In this document: piece after piece, positions 63,728 to 64,000 of the stretch
How positions within the stretch are numbered: position 1 is the stretch's first letter
How the letters are laid out: every line of letters starts with the position of its first letter
Source: Lytechinus pictus
Lineage: Eukaryota
Length of the DNA: 64,000 nucleotides
NCBI RefSeq assembly: GCF_037042905.1
Contig: NC_087250.1
Location: forward strand, 20,090,001-20,154,000
Direction: 5' to 3'
Program-made: the position numbers and the translations under genes
Notes under the pieces: model-generated
Databases searched by the model: none
Told to the model about the DNA's origin: nothing
The model's input: the letters and a program-made list of their open reading frames with translations, nothing else

Positions 63728-64000
63728 ATTCTGTTTACGAACAATGATCCATATTGCACCCTATCCCCCTCTCCCCCTCTCTCCTATTTGGGTTAAAAAA
63801 ATCATTATTAGTACTATTATTATCATTATCATGATTATATTAATTATTATCTTGATTTTTTATTATTTTTTCTTTCAATAATTTTATTCATCAAAATATC
63901 AACATATATACAATATTTACATACACTCAGTACATGTAATATTCATACCATGTATTCAGTAAAATACTACACTCCAAAACGCTTATAAATTACAGAAAAC

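Overview
Eukaryotic, AT-rich, repeat-dense genomic DNA. The SINE, MITE and satellite-bearing element styles suggest a marine invertebrate, probably a sea urchin (inference only). One host gene is recognisable: five phase-compatible coding exons (12365-27571, + strand) of a DNAJC5/cysteine-string-protein-like gene. Its J-domain has NKK where the invariant HPD motif should be, and its predicted stop codon lies inside an inserted MITE. The rest is transposable elements. These are: a Ty3/Gypsy LTR retrotransposon with a clear -1 frameshift slippery site plus pseudoknot; three decayed LINEs (one full-length with TSD); a Penelope remnant with a minimal hammerhead ribozyme; a 3.4 kb head-to-head fold-back Tc1 (DD34E) composite; Helentron-like elements carrying satellite arrays; TTAA-specific (Kolobok-like) elements; many MITEs; and tRNA-derived SINEs. 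Also present are a TSD-flanked 386 bp element carrying an intact-looking tRNA cloverleaf with a UCA (UGA-reading) anticodon and a 4.6 kb fold-back element with GC-rich cargo. From about 35 kb on, the window is an old tandem duplication of a composite unit whose copies supply empty sites for several insertions. All calls were made by eye; no database search was run.
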